Assembly (NCBI RefSeq): GCF_036507355.1
Contig: NZ_AP027877.1
Length of the DNA: 64,000 nt
Origin: Escherichia coli
GTDB taxonomy: Bacteria > Pseudomonadota > Gammaproteobacteria > Enterobacterales > Enterobacteriaceae
Direction: 5' to 3' (one strand)
A program made the translations under genes and the position numbers. Below the pieces are notes generated by a model. It saw nothing but the letters and a program-made list of their open reading frames with translations. It did no database searches and was not told the origin of the DNA. Below, one piece after another: positions 35,316 to 51,148 of the stretch (position 1 is the first letter of the stretch; the number at the start of each line of letters is the position of its first letter).

Positions 35316-35708
35316 TTACCCCAGTAACGGTACTTTTGTGGTGGCGAGTTTAATGATGATGTACAGCACCACCAACGCCAGCGGGAAGGCAATAATGCGC
35401 GCCTGCTGACTGTGCATACGACGATAATCGAGTGCAATAAAACCCAAAACGATATAAATGATAACTCCAAACAGCTTTTCAGTCAGCCACTGTGCCTGCC
35501 CAGAAAATGGCAGGATGTGCGCTTTAGCCATCAACGCAATGCCGCTTAACAATAACACCGTATCGACAACCGGCGGCACAATGCGCGTCCAGCGAGCAAA
35601 TGCCTGTGGATGCTTCTGATAACGTAGCCAGAAACGTAAGGTTAATAGCCCAACAGAAAGCGCGATACTAATGAGATGAACGCTAAGCAGTGTAGAAAAA
35701 CTTGTCAT
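35316..35708 (-). CDS. sirB2: SirB2/YchQ inner membrane protein
   Basis: 130-aa multi-TM ORF MTSFSTLLSVHLISIALSVGLLTLRFWLRYQ... Confidence 0.85.
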   Translation of the reverse strand: MTSFSTLLSVHLISIALSVGLLTLRFWLRYQKHPQAFARWTRIVPPVVDTVLLLSGIALMAKAHILPFSGQAQWLTEKLFGVIIYIVLGFIALDYRRMHSQQARIIAFPLALVVLYIIIKLATTKVPLLG

Positions 35709-36538
35709 TGATAATAGCGGCCGAGCGTTACGCGCTCATTATCACCATAGTCACGGCAGGTTTCGACGTCATGATACCCCGCAAGGATAAATGCTTGTCG
35801 CACCGCTTCGCCCTGCTGCCAGCCATGTTCCAGAAGCAGAAAGCCGCCGGATACCAGCGCGTTACGCGACTGTTCGATGATATGCACGATGTCTGCCATT
35901 CCACTGTCTGCCGCAACCAGCGCAGTGAGCGGCTCAAAGCGGACATCGCCTTGTTGAAGATGAGGGTCCTGCTCGTCAATATACGGCGGATTGCTGACAA
36001 TCATCGCAAACTGCTGCCCGGCTAGCGCGCTAAACCAGTCGCTTTGCAGAATGTGGATATTTTTGATCGCCAGATGCTGGGCATTACGTTGTGCCAGGGC
36101 GACAGCATCGGGCATACGATCTACAGCGGTAATTTCGCAGTCCGGGCGCTCGCGAGCCAGCGCAAGCGCAATCGCCCCGGTACCCGTCCCGAGATCGAGA
36201 ATACGGCAAGGTTGTTCAGGCAACCGCGCCAGTGCCTGCTCCACCAGACACTCCGTATCCGGGCGCGGAATTAAGGTCGCTGGCGAAACAAATAACGGCA
36301 ACGACCAGAATTCTCGCACCCCGGTTAAATGAGCAATGGGTTCACCATCGCGACGACGTGTCAGTAGCGCATCAAGTTGCTGACATTGTTCGTCAGTCAG
36401 CTGCGTTTCACCAAAGGCGAGAATAAAAGTACGCCCTCTGCCGGTAACATGCTCCAGCAGGATTTCAGCATCACGCCGCGGGCTTTCGCTCGCCTGAAGT
36501 TGGCTTATTGCTTCACGTAACCAGTATTGATATTCCAT
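35705..36538 (-). CDS. prmC: Release factor glutamine N5-methyltransferase PrmC (HemK)
   Basis: 277-aa ORF with SAM-binding LDLGTGTGAIALALA and NPPY motif (SNPPYIDEQD). Confidence 0.95.
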   Translation of the reverse strand: MEYQYWLREAISQLQASESPRRDAEILLEHVTGRGRTFILAFGETQLTDEQCQQLDALLTRRRDGEPIAHLTGVREFWSLPLFVSPATLIPRPDTECLVEQALARLPEQPCRILDLGTGTGAIALALARERPDCEITAVDRMPDAVALAQRNAQHLAIKNIHILQSDWFSALAGQQFAMIVSNPPYIDEQDPHLQQGDVRFEPLTALVAADSGMADIVHIIEQSRNALVSGGFLLLEHGWQQGEAVRQAFILAGYHDVETCRDYGDNERVTLGRYYQ

Positions 36539-37620
36539 TATTCCTGCTCGGACAACGCCGCCAGTTGGTCGGCCTGATGTTCCTGGATAATCGGTTCAAT
36601 CAGCATATCCAGCTTACCTTCCATCACTTCATCCAGGCGGTAGAGCGTCAGGTTGATGCGGTGATCGGTAACGCGCCCCTGCGGGAAGTTGTAAGTACGG
36701 TTACGGTCGCTGCGATCGCCACTCCCCAGCAGGTTACGACGGGTAGACGCTTCGGCCTGTTGCCGTTTTGCCATTTCAGCAGCGTGGATGCGAGCACCGA
36801 GAACAGAAAGTGCTTTAGCTTTGTTTTTATGTTGTGAACGTTCGTCCTGACATTCAACAACAATCCCGGTCGGCAAGTGAGTAATACGAATTGCCGAATC
36901 GGTGGTGTTAACGTGCTGACCACCCGCCCCTGACGAGCGGAAAGTATCAATGCGTAAATCTGCTGGGTTGATGTCCGGCAGTTCTGCGTCAGGCAGTTCT
37001 GGCATTACCGCAACGGTACAAGCAGAAGTATGAATACGACCCTGCGATTCCGTAGCAGGAACACGCTGCACGCGATGACCGCCGGATTCAAATTTCAGAC
37101 GACCATACACACCATCACCGCTAATTTTGGCGATGATCTCTTTATAACCACCATGTTCACCCTCGCTGGCGCTCATGATTTCTACCCGCCAGCGGCGGGC
37201 TTCGGCATAACGGCTGTACATACGGAACAGATCACCCGCGAACAGCGCCGCTTCGTCGCCGCCGGTTCCGGCTCGGACTTCGAGGAAGGCGTTACGTTCG
37301 TCATCAGGATCTTTTGGCAGTAACAGAACCTGTAATTGCTGTTCCAGTTGCTCGCTTTTTTCTTTAGCTTCGCGCAGTTCATCCTGCGCCATCTCACGCA
37401 TTTCAGGATCATCGAGCATCATCTGTGCGGTTTCGATATCTTCCTGAACCTGTTGCCAGTCGGTAAAACAGCGCGAAACATCACTTAACTGCGCATATTC
37501 GCGTGATAATGCGCGAAAACGTTCCTGGTCGGCGATAGTTTGCGCGTCACCCAGCAACGCCTGAACTTCTTCATGGCGTTCATGCAGGGCTTCCAGTTTG
37601 GCAACGATAGAAGGCTTCAT
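36538..37620 (-). CDS. prfA: Peptide chain release factor 1
   Basis: 360-aa ORF with GGQ motif ([15 protein letters not shown]) and PxT-type recognition region; overlaps prmC start. Confidence 0.97.
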
Positions 37621-37661
37621 AGGCGTAAATGCACCCTGTAAAAAAAGAAAATGATGTACTG

Positions 37662-38918
37662 CTACTCCAGCCCGAGGCTGTCGCGCAGAATATTCAGGCG
37701 TTCGTTATCCCCGTCACGGGCGGCCTGTTGAAGTGATTTCGTTGGCGCATGGATCAAGCGGTTAGTCAGTTTCCATGCCAGATCCTGCATAATGGCTTGC
37801 GCGTCGCCGCCCTGCTCAAGGGCCGCTAACGCTTTGGCGGTTAACTCATCGCGAACTTGCTCTGCCTGGCTGCGATACTCGCGAATGGTTTCGCTGGCGC
37901 TTTGTGCTCGCAGCCACGCCATAAATTCGCTGGTTTCCTGAGCGACAATAGTTTCCGCCTCAACCGCTGCGGCTTTACGCTGCGCCAGGTTGTGCGAAAT
38001 GATGCTTTGCAGATCATCAACGCTATAAAGATAAGCATTCGCCAGTTTGCCAACTTCCGGCTCAACATCGCGCGGAACGGCAATATCCACCAACAGCATT
38101 GGTTGGTTGCGACGGCTTTTTAATGCGCGCTCCACCATGCCTTTCCCGATAATCGGTAACGGGCTGGCGGTGGAACTGATGATGATATCGGCTTCGCGCA
38201 GACGTTCGTCGATATCACTCAGGGCAATCACTTCCGCGCCGACTTCATCTGCCAGAATTTGGGCACGTTCGCGAGTGCGGTTGGCGATAATCATCTTCTG
38301 TACTTTATGTTCGCGCAGATGACGCGCTACCAGCTCGATGGTTTCGCCCGCGCCTACCAGCAACACTGTGACCGTAGAGAGCGATTCAAAGATCTGCCGC
38401 GCCAGCGTACAAGCCGCAAAAGCGACAGACACAGCGCTGGCACCGATATCTGTTTCAGTGCGAACGCGTTTCGCTACAGAGAAAGATTTCTGGAACATGC
38501 GTTCCAGTTCGCTGGCCTTCATATGGCCTTTTTGCGAATCGGCAAACGCTTTTTTAACCTGACCGAGGATCTGCGGCTCCCCAAGAACCAGTGAATCCAG
38601 GCCGCTGGCAACACGCATTAAATGGCTAACCGCGTCGTTATCCTGATGCCAGTAGAGGCTTTTACGCAGATCTTCTTCATTAAGATTGTGATAATCGCAA
38701 AGCCAGCGGATTAACGCCTCTTGCAGGTTATCCTGCTCTTCAACGCTAAGATAAAGTTCCGTGCGGTTGCACGTCGACAGCACCACGCCGCCCTGCACCA
38801 TCGGCTGCGCAAGCAGGCTGTCAAGCGCCTGATCGAGCTTATCCGGCGAAAACGATACACGTTCTCGCAGCGATACAGGTGCCGTTTTATGGTTGATACC
38901 GAGTGCTAAAAGGGTCAT
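37662..38918 (-). CDS. hemA: Glutamyl-tRNA reductase
   Basis: Start at internal ATG 38916-38918 ([23 protein letters not shown]...); 66-codon upstream extension of track ORF rejected. Confidence 0.93.
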
Positions 38919-39062
38919 GTCTGCGGGAAATAATACCAACGTTGATAGGGTTAGTCTGCTTGCATCATACAGGATGCGTAAGATCAATAAAAGAGAGCGC
39001 CCCCTTTTGGAGTAATTGCCGAAAGCCGTTAGATTCTGGCAATTAAGACAACTTGAACATAG

Positions 39063-39754
<692 letters not shown>

Positions 39755-39755
<1 letters not shown>

Positions 39756-40606
39756 TGCGGACACAGTGGCCCTCTCCGGCAAAACTTAATCTGTTTTTAT
39801 ACATTACCGGTCAGCGTGCGGATGGTTACCACACGCTGCAAACGCTGTTTCAGTTTCTTGATTACGGCGACACCATCAGCATTGAGCTTCGTGACGATGG
39901 GGATATTCGTCTGTTAACGCCCGTTGAAGGCGTGGAACATGAAGATAACCTGATCGTTCGCGCAGCGCGGTTGTTGATGAAAACTGCGGCAGACAGCGGG
40001 CGTCTTCCGACGGGAAGCGGTGCGAATATCAGCATTGACAAGCGTTTGCCGATGGGCGGCGGTCTCGGCGGTGGTTCATCCAATGCCGCGACGGTCCTGG
40101 TGGCATTAAATCATCTCTGGCAATGCGGGCTAAGCATGGATGAGCTGGCGGAAATGGGGCTGACGCTGGGCGCAGATGTTCCTGTCTTTGTTCGGGGGCA
40201 TGCCGCGTTTGCCGAAGGCGTTGGTGAAATACTAACGCCGGTGGATCCGCCAGAGAAGTGGTATCTGGTGGCGCACCCTGGTGTAAGTATTCCGACTCCG
40301 GTGATTTTTAAAGATCCTGAACTCCCGCGCAATACGCCAAAAAGGTCAATAGAAACGTTGCTAAAATGTGAATTCAGCAATGATTGCGAGGTTATCGCAA
40401 GAAAACGTTTTCGCGAGGTTGATGCGGTGCTTTCCTGGCTGTTAGAATACGCCCCGTCGCGCCTGACTGGGACAGGGGCCTGTGTCTTTGCTGAATTTGA
40501 TACAGAGTCTGAAGCCCGCCAGGTGCTAGAGCAAGCCCCGGAATGGCTCAATGGCTTTGTGGCGAAAGGCGCTAATCTTTCCCCATTGCACAGAGCCATG
40601 CTTTAA
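39755..40606 (+). CDS. ispE: 4-diphosphocytidyl-2-C-methyl-D-erythritol kinase
   Basis: 283-aa GHMP-kinase [35 protein letters not shown]... with [14 protein letters not shown] motif. Confidence 0.95.
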
Positions 40607-40630
40607 GCCGGGCAAGCTGAGTTTCGGTGA

Positions 40631-41704
<1,074 letters not shown>

Positions 41705-41721
41705 TCGAACCCGGCTCAAAG

Positions 41722-41744
41722 ACCCGCTGCGGCGGGTTTTTTTT
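41722..41744 (+). terminator. Rho-independent terminator of prs
   Basis: Hairpin acccgctgcggcgggt followed by T8. Confidence 0.7.
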
Positions 41745-41829
41745 GTCTGTAATATCCATTTGTATGACCTATGCCTCCTTCACCTGCCATTTAGTTGACA
41801 GATGATGCGCTCACGGATGAAACATTATT

Positions 41830-43509
41830 GTGAACAAAATATTTTCCTCACATGTGATGCCTTTCCGCGCTCTGATCGACGCTTGCTGGAAAGAAAAATA
41901 TACTGCCGCACGGTTTACCCGTGACCTGATTGCCGGGATAACCGTCGGGATTATTGCTATCCCGCTGGCGATGGCGTTGGCTATTGGTAGTGGTGTGGCA
42001 CCCCAGTACGGTTTATATACCGCAGCTGTTGCGGGGATTGTCATTGCTCTGACGGGTGGGTCACGCTTTAGCGTTTCCGGTCCGACTGCGGCATTTGTGG
42101 TAATTCTCTATCCCGTGTCGCAACAGTTTGGACTGGCAGGACTGCTGGTTGCGACCTTGCTGTCGGGGATCTTTTTGATTCTGATGGGTCTGGCACGCTT
42201 TGGTCGCCTGATTGAGTATATTCCGGTTTCCGTCACCTTAGGTTTCACCTCGGGTATCGGGATCACCATCGGTACCATGCAGATTAAAGATTTTCTCGGT
42301 CTGCAAATGGCCCATGTTCCGGAACATTATCTACAAAAAGTCGGCGCATTATTTATGGCGCTGCCGACCATTAATGTGGGTGATGCTGCCATTGGCATTG
42401 TGACGCTAGGTATTCTTGTTTTCTGGCCGCGTCTGGGCATTCGTTTACCCGGTCACCTTCCGGCCTTGCTGGCTGGTTGCGCGGTGATGGGGATTGTTAA
42501 CCTGCTCGGCGGACATGTTGCTACCATCGGTTCGCAATTCCACTACGTCCTGGCCGATGGTTCTCAGGGTAACGGTATTCCGCAACTGCTGCCGCAACTG
42601 GTGCTGCCGTGGGATCTGCCTAATTCAGAATTCACGCTAACCTGGGATTCTATTCGCACACTGCTGCCTGCGGCATTCTCAATGGCAATGCTCGGCGCAA
42701 TCGAATCTCTGCTCTGCGCCGTGGTGCTGGATGGTATGACCGGGACGAAACACAAGGCGAACAGCGAACTGGTTGGCCAGGGACTGGGGAATATTATCGC
42801 TCCGTTCTTTGGTGGTATTACCGCTACAGCTGCCATCGCGCGTTCTGCCGCTAACGTCCGTGCCGGGGCAACTTCCCCTATCTCGGCGGTTATCCACTCT
42901 ATTCTGGTTATTCTTGCCCTGCTGGTACTGGCACCGCTGCTCTCCTGGCTGCCGCTTTCCGCTATGGCAGCCCTGCTGTTGATGGTGGCGTGGAACATGA
43001 GTGAAGCGCATAAAGTGGTCGACTTGCTGCGTCATGCACCGAAAGATGACATCATTGTCATGCTGCTGTGCATGTCGCTGACCGTGCTGTTTGATATGGT
43101 TATTGCCATCAGCGTGGGGATCGTGCTGGCATCGCTGCTGTTTATGCGTCGTATCGCACGTATGACTCGCCTGGCACCGGTAGTCGTAGATGTTCCAGAC
43201 GATGTCCTGGTTCTGCGCGTTATTGGCCCGCTGTTTTTTGCTGCTGCTGAAGGCTTATTCACGGACCTGGAGTCACGTCTTGAAGGCAAACGGATTGTGA
43301 TTCTGAAGTGGGATGCCGTTCCGGTACTTGATGCTGGTGGTCTTGATGCGTTCCAGCGTTTTGTGAAGCGTCTGCCCGAAGGATGTGAACTGCGCGTGTG
43401 CAACGTGGAATTCCAGCCTCTGCGCACTATGGCTCGCGCAGGCATTCAACCGATCCCGGGACGCCTCGCGTTCTTCCCGAATCGTCGCGCGGCGATGGCG
43501 GATTTATAA
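41830..43509 (+). CDS. dauA: C4-dicarboxylic acid transporter DauA (SulP family, STAS domain)
   Basis: 559-aa [54 protein letters not shown]... Confidence 0.93.
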
Positions 43510-43563
43510 GTACGAGATTGACCAGTCAGCGCAAACTGACTGGTCAGCAAACTGCATTATTTG

Positions 43564-43842
43564 TTAGCTATGACGGCGATTATCGCTACGGCGGCAACGT
43601 TTGTCATAGTGGCGAACCCACCAGTAACGGTCGCACACCTGTTCATGCCCGCCAACACGGGCACCCGCCAGCCAGAGAATGGCACCGACGAAAATACTTA
43701 GCACTGCACCATGTGCGAAATACTGGGGCATATTAAACTGTGGTAACTGGTTGAGGATTGAATACCCCACACCGACCACCATTACCACCAGACCCAACCC
43801 CATGAGCACGTTACCGAGTAACGAAGCGTTTTTGCGTTTCAT
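43564..43842 (-). CDS. ychH: Small inner-membrane stress-induced protein YchH
   Basis: 92-aa ORF MKRKNASLLGNVLMGLGLVVMVVGVGYSILNQLPQF... Confidence 0.9.
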   Translation of the reverse strand: MKRKNASLLGNVLMGLGLVVMVVGVGYSILNQLPQFNMPQYFAHGAVLSIFVGAILWLAGARVGGHEQVCDRYWWVRHYDKRCRRSDNRRHS

Positions 43843-44119
43843 ATGTCACCTCCGGAACTTTCTGGGTTGTAACAGGGAATACCCCTCTTCCTTATGTGTA
43901 AAGTATAGACAACACCCTGTGGGTTATGTGCGGGCGTGATCACAATTACAACCCTTATTTCAACAAAACTTTACAAATAAACGCCTGAACACCTTGACTT
44001 TCTAATAGTCCACTCAGGCAATTATTACGTTATCTGCATTTGATACGCAGTTTTTTGTCAAGCGGGGCCGCAACCAGTAAACTACGCGCCAGTTATGTAC
44101 ACACTCAGGACAAAAAAAC

Positions 44120-44704
44120 GTGACGATTAAATTGATTGTCGGCCTGGCGAACCCCGGTGCTGAATACGCCGCAACGCGACATAATGCTGGTGCCTGGTTC
44201 GTTGACTTACTGGCAGAGCGTTTGCGCGCTCCGCTGCGCGAAGAGGCTAAATTCTTTGGTTATACTTCGCGAGTCACCCTTGGAGGCGAAGATGTCCGCC
44301 TGTTAGTCCCGACTACATTTATGAATCTCAGCGGCAAAGCCGTTGCGGCGATGGCCAGTTTTTTCCGCATTAATCCGGACGAAATTCTGGTGGCCCACGA
44401 CGAACTGGATCTGCCTCCTGGCGTCGCCAAATTTAAGTTGGGCGGTGGCCATGGTGGTCACAATGGACTGAAAGACATCATCAGTAAATTGGGTAATAAC
44501 CCTAACTTTCACCGTTTACGCATCGGAATCGGTCATCCGGGCGATAAAAATAAAGTTGTCGGTTTTGTGTTAGGCAAACCGCCTGTTAGTGAACAGAAGT
44601 TAATTGATGAAGCCATCGACGAAGCGGCGCGTTGTACTGAAATGTGGTTTACAGATGGCTTGACCAAAGCAACGAACCGATTGCACGCCTTTAAAGCGCA
44701 ATAA
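44120..44704 (+). CDS. pth: Peptidyl-tRNA hydrolase
   Basis: 194-aa [38 protein letters not shown]... Confidence 0.96.
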
Positions 44705-44820
44705 GTCGTTGTCTGCGGCATTTTTGTCGAGTGCCGTGTATAATAGGCAAAGTTATTTCCATTTTTGCAATCTGTTAGCAATAACAGGTTGATTATTAAG
44801 ATATTAAGGTGATTTAAATC

Positions 44821-45912
44821 ATGGGATTCAAATGCGGTATCGTCGGTTTGCCCAACGTCGGGAAATCTACCCTGTTCAACGCGCTGACCAAAGCCGGTAT
44901 TGAAGCGGCCAACTTTCCATTCTGCACCATTGAGCCGAACACAGGCGTCGTACCAATGCCTGACCCTCGCCTGGATCAACTGGCTGAAATCGTAAAACCG
45001 CAACGTACGCTTCCCACGACCATGGAATTTGTCGATATCGCCGGTCTGGTAAAAGGCGCATCGAAAGGCGAAGGTCTGGGTAACCAGTTCCTGACCAACA
45101 TCCGTGAAACCGAAGCGATCGGTCACGTTGTTCGCTGCTTTGAAAATGACAACATCATTCACGTTTCCGGCAAAGTTAACCCGGCTGACGATATTGAAGT
45201 TATCAACACCGAACTGGCGCTGGCAGACCTCGACACCTGCGAACGTGCGATTCATCGCGTACAGAAGAAAGCCAAAGGTGGCGATAAAGACGCGAAAGCT
45301 GAGCTGGCGGTCCTGGAAAAATGCCTGCCCCAGCTGGAAAACGCAGGTATGCTGCGCGCGCTGGATTTAAGCGCTGAAGAGAAAGCGGCTATTCGTTACC
45401 TGAGCTTCCTGACGCTGAAACCAACAATGTACATCGCCAACGTCAACGAAGACGGTTTTGAAAACAACCCATATCTTGACCAGGTGCGTGAAATCGCGGC
45501 GAAAGAAGGTTCTGTTGTGGTTCCGGTTTGTGCTGCTGTTGAAGCAGACATTGCCGAACTGGACGACGAAGAACGTGACGAGTTTATGCAGGAGCTTGGG
45601 CTGGAAGAGCCGGGCCTGAACCGTGTGATCCGTGCCGGTTATAAGCTGCTGAACCTGCAAACTTACTTCACCGCTGGGGTGAAAGAAGTGCGTGCATGGA
45701 CCATTCCGGTTGGAGCAACCGCGCCGCAGGCAGCGGGCAAAATCCATACTGATTTTGAAAAAGGCTTTATCCGTGCACAAACCATCTCGTTTGAAGATTT
45801 CATCACTTACAAAGGTGAACAAGGCGCGAAAGAAGCAGGCAAAATGCGTGCAGAAGGTAAAGATTACATCGTGAAAGATGGCGATGTGATGAACTTCCTT
45901 TTCAACGTCTAA
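44821..45912 (+). CDS. ychF: Ribosome-binding ATPase YchF (Obg-family GTPase fold)
   Basis: 363-aa [43 protein letters not shown]... Confidence 0.97.
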
Positions 45913-45971
45913 ATAAAATTTGATGTCTCATGAGGTTTCACTGAATCTCAGAACAACGGTAAAACTCTATA

Positions 45972-45998
45972 AAATCCACGCAATTGCGTGGATTTTTC
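45972..45998 (+). terminator. Rho-independent terminator of ychF; core-genome/island junction lies just beyond
   Basis: Hairpin atccacgcaattgcgtggat followed by TTTTT. Confidence 0.7.
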
Positions 45999-46042
45999 AT
46001 TTCATGATGTCTCAAATCATCCCGTAAGAGCGCTGTCAAAAA

Positions 46043-46094
46043 TGAGTACATGAATGAGTACAACATTCTTCCATCTTCATTTTAAGTGAGTACA
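46043..46094 (+). promoter_or_regulatory. Three direct copies of TGAGTACA (46043, 46055, 46087) upstream of int; candidate integrase arm-type or regulatory sites
   Basis: Exact 8-mer repeated three times within 52 bp, 35-85 bp upstream of the int start codon. Confidence 0.35.
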
Positions 46095-46126
46095 ATAACG
46101 GTATAATAAATAAACAAGGCCCCGTT

Positions 46127-47320
46127 ATGCTCACTGATACACAATGCCGCACTGCCAAACCGAAAGAAAAACTCTATCGACTCAATGATTTCAACGGTCT
46201 CTACCTCGAAGTGAAACCCAATGGTAAAAAGGCTTGGCGTTATCGGTTTAAGCTCAACGGTAAATCCAGCATGTTTGCGCTAGGTGAGTACCCGACGGTC
46301 AAGCTTGCCGAGGCTCGAGAAAAATGCGAGCAAGCGCGAAAGCAGGTTGCGGAAGGAGTCAACCCAGCGCAAGCTCGTCAGTTAGATAAGATTCGTAAGG
46401 TTAACGACGCATCCAACACCTTTGAGCTGATCGCCAAAGAGTGGCTGCAGATGAAAGACTGGGCCGAAATTACCAAAACACGCCGACTGGATATGCTTGA
46501 ACGTGTGGTTTTCCCCTCAATCGGTAAGCTTCCAGTCAGAGAGATCACCCCACACCATATCCTTAAAATTCTTCAGGAAACTGCCAAACGAGGAGCACCG
46601 ACAGTTGCCGCAGAAGCCCGTCGCACCATTTCATCAGTTTTCGAGTTGGCTGTGGCAACGCTTAGAGCTGATAGCGATCCTGTCTGGCCTGTACGCAAGG
46701 CACTTCCGGCGAATAAGACACAGCACAAACAGGCATTGAATCCACAGCAAATCGGGAAGCTATTAAGCTGTTTTGATAACAGTCGCGGCTCATATCAGGT
46801 TAACTATTGCATGTGGCTAATGTGGTGGACGCTGGCGCGACCAGCCGAAGTCACCGAGGCAGAGTGGGCAGAGTTCGATCTTGGTAACGCACTGTGGACC
46901 ATTCCGGCAAGGCGTATGAAAGCTCGTAGGGAACATGTTATTCCCCTTCCTTCCCAAGCCGTCAACATGCTCAAAACACTACAAGGATTAACCGGGCATA
47001 GGCAGCATCTTTTTCCGGGCAGGGATAATCCGCTAGGCCCAATGACATCGCACTCTCTGCGTCAACTACTTAAAAGCCTCGGATGGAATGGCACTTATAG
47101 CCCCCATGCTACCAGAACTACAGGAAGTACGCGTTTAAACGAAATGGGCTATCGACCTGATGCTATTGAGGCCCAACTTGCGCACGCTGATACCAACAAT
47201 GTTCGTCGCACATACAACCATGCAACTTATCTTGATGAGCGAAAGGTTATGATGCAAGACTGGGCAGATAAACTTGAAGGATGGGTAGGAAGCACACACA
47301 GCAATATTGATGTTTCGTAA
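46127..47320 (+). CDS. int: P4-type tyrosine integrase (island integrase)
   Basis: 397-aa ORF with the N-terminal arm-binding-like region typical of P4-family integrases and a C-terminal catalytic region ...HSLRQLLKSLGWNGTYSPHATRTTGSTRLNEMGYRPDAIEAQLAHADTNNVRRTYNHATY (R..H..R..Y). Confidence 0.85.
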   Translation: MLTDTQCRTAKPKEKLYRLNDFNGLYLEVKPNGKKAWRYRFKLNGKSSMFALGEYPTVKLAEAREKCEQARKQVAEGVNPAQARQLDKIRKVNDASNTFELIAKEWLQMKDWAEITKTRRLDMLERVVFPSIGKLPVREITPHHILKILQETAKRGAPTVAAEARRTISSVFELAVATLRADSDPVWPVRKALPANKTQHKQALNPQQIGKLLSCFDNSRGSYQVNYCMWLMWWTLARPAEVTEAEWAEFDLGNALWTIPARRMKARREHVIPLPSQAVNMLKTLQGLTGHRQHLFPGRDNPLGPMTSHSLRQLLKSLGWNGTYSPHATRTTGSTRLNEMGYRPDAIEAQLAHADTNNVRRTYNHATYLDERKVMMQDWADKLEGWVGSTHSNIDVS

Positions 47321-47719
47321 GTCATGATACATTGGTGTGTTCATACTGATTATTAAAGATTATTTTCCACCACAATATAAAAACCACGCTTTAGCCTATA
47401 TATTAGTAACCATCTGATTTAACTAATAATGTTTGCTATACTGATCCTGCATTATACTCCCTCTGTTTTTCCATCCCTCTAATAACATAGGACATATCCA
47501 TGCGCTGATATCATGTATCCAGCAGTGAAGCCAGTATGAGAAAGACTCTGGCGAACGAGTTTTGGCTGATAAGCTGGGGATCGCTAGTTCTGATAAGATG
47601 GATGAAGCTGAACTTGTCCTGTTAGAACAACTCTACCAGTCCGTTTTTGAAGAACAGTTCCCGTAAAGACAGCTCAGCATAGCCATGCTAAAAAGCTGGC
47701 ATCCCCGCAGGGGTGGTAA

Positions 47720-49888
<2,169 letters not shown>

Positions 49889-49949
49889 CTAAGCATCACA
49901 GTGGCAGGTCGACAGGGACAAACCTGTGAGTCTGCAGGCTCGACGTTGT

Positions 49950-50290
49950 GACAGAAACAATCGCATCACACATCAACACCACAGCTTCCCGCTTCTGGTC
50001 TGTCGTCAATACTTTCGCCCAAGAACCACCTGAAGCGCCTGAAGCGCCTCCTTATCCGGCATGGCTTCAGCAAGCAGCTTCTTTGAGTCTGGCGTTCTCT
50101 TCCTCAAGCGACTCCAGGTGCTTAACCTCAAGCACCGCCATACTTCTTATGCTATGTGTAAAGAGTGGCATCGGAAATAGCGTGCTTGCAGCAGAGCTCA
50201 CGGGCAGAAACTCCAGCTTCTGCTTCACGGAGAACGCTGATTATCTGTTCGTCGGAAAAACGCTTCTTCATGGGAATCATATTCGGCGTC
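49950..50290 (-). pseudogene. IS3-family OrfA remnant (truncated, internal stop)
   Basis: Minus-strand translation from 50279 gives MIPMKKRFSDEQIISVLREAEAGVSARELCCKHAISDATLYT then a stop, with ...LKSLEEENARLKKLLAEAM... continuing out of frame; no cognate OrfB follows. Confidence 0.55.
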
Positions 50291-50450
50291 AGGGTCAATA
50301 TAAAGGCATTACTAGCATCGGGATGTACTAATCAACGGAGAGCAAGATCACATCCCTAACAGTATGACCAGATAAGCTATTCATAGTAAAAAAATATATC
50401 CACTAACCATCTAGAAGATAAGTCATGATTTTCACGGTAATGACTCCAAC

Positions 50451-50954
50451 TTATTGATAGTGTTTTATGTTCAGATAATGCCCGATGACTTTGTCATGCA
50501 GCTCCACCGATTTTGAGAACGACAGCGACTTCCGTCCCAGCCGTGCCAGGTGCTGCCTCAGATTCAGGTTATGCCGCTCAATTCGCTGCGTATATCGCTT
50601 GCTGATTACGTGCAGCTTTCCCTTCAGGCGGGATTCATACAGCGGCCAGCCATCCGTCATCCATATCACCACGTCAAAGGGTGACAGCAGGCTCATAAGA
50701 CGCCCCAGCGTCGCCATAGTGCGTTCACCGAATACGTGCGCAACAACCGTCTTCCGGAGCCTGTCATACGCGTAAAACAGCCAGCGCTGGCGCGATTTAG
50801 CCCCGACGTATCCCCACTGTTCGTCCATTTCCGCGCAGACGATGACGTCACTGCCCGGCTGTATGCGCGAGGTTACCGACTGCGGCCTGAGTTTTTTAAA
50901 TGGCGGAAAATCGTGTTGAGGCCAACGCCAATAATGCGTGCACTGGCGCGACAT
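50451..50954 (-). CDS. insB: IS1 transposase InsB (produced as InsAB fusion by frameshift)
   Basis: 167-aa [53 protein letters not shown]... Confidence 0.9.
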   Translation of the reverse strand: MSRQCTHYWRWPQHDFPPFKKLRPQSVTSRIQPGSDVIVCAEMDEQWGYVGAKSRQRWLFYAYDRLRKTVVAHVFGERTMATLGRLMSLLSPFDVVIWMTDGWPLYESRLKGKLHVISKRYTQRIERHNLNLRQHLARLGRKSLSFSKSVELHDKVIGHYLNIKHYQ

Positions 50955-51148
50955 CCGACGCCATTCATGGCCATATCAATGATTTTCTGGTGCGTACCGG
51001 GTTGAGAAGCGGTGTAAGTGAACTGCAGTTGCCATGTTTTACGGCAGTGAGAGCAGAGATAGCGCTGATGTCCGGCAGTGCTTTTGCCGTTACGCACCAC
51101 CCCGTCAGTAGCTGAACAGGTGGGACAGCTGATAGAAACAGAAGCCAC
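50873..51148 (-). CDS. insA: IS1 protein InsA
   Basis: 91-aa [46 protein letters not shown]... Confidence 0.9.
   Translation of the reverse strand: MASVSISCPTCSATDGVVRNGKSTAGHQRYLCSHCRKTWQLQFTYTASQPGTHQKIIDMAMNGVGCRASARIIGVGLNTIFRHLKNSGRSR

Noticed and set aside
49948-50331. 127-aa plus-strand ORF
   Set aside because: Opposite strand of an IS3-family OrfA remnant that gives a recognisable transposase N-terminus; the plus-strand frame has no recognisable features.
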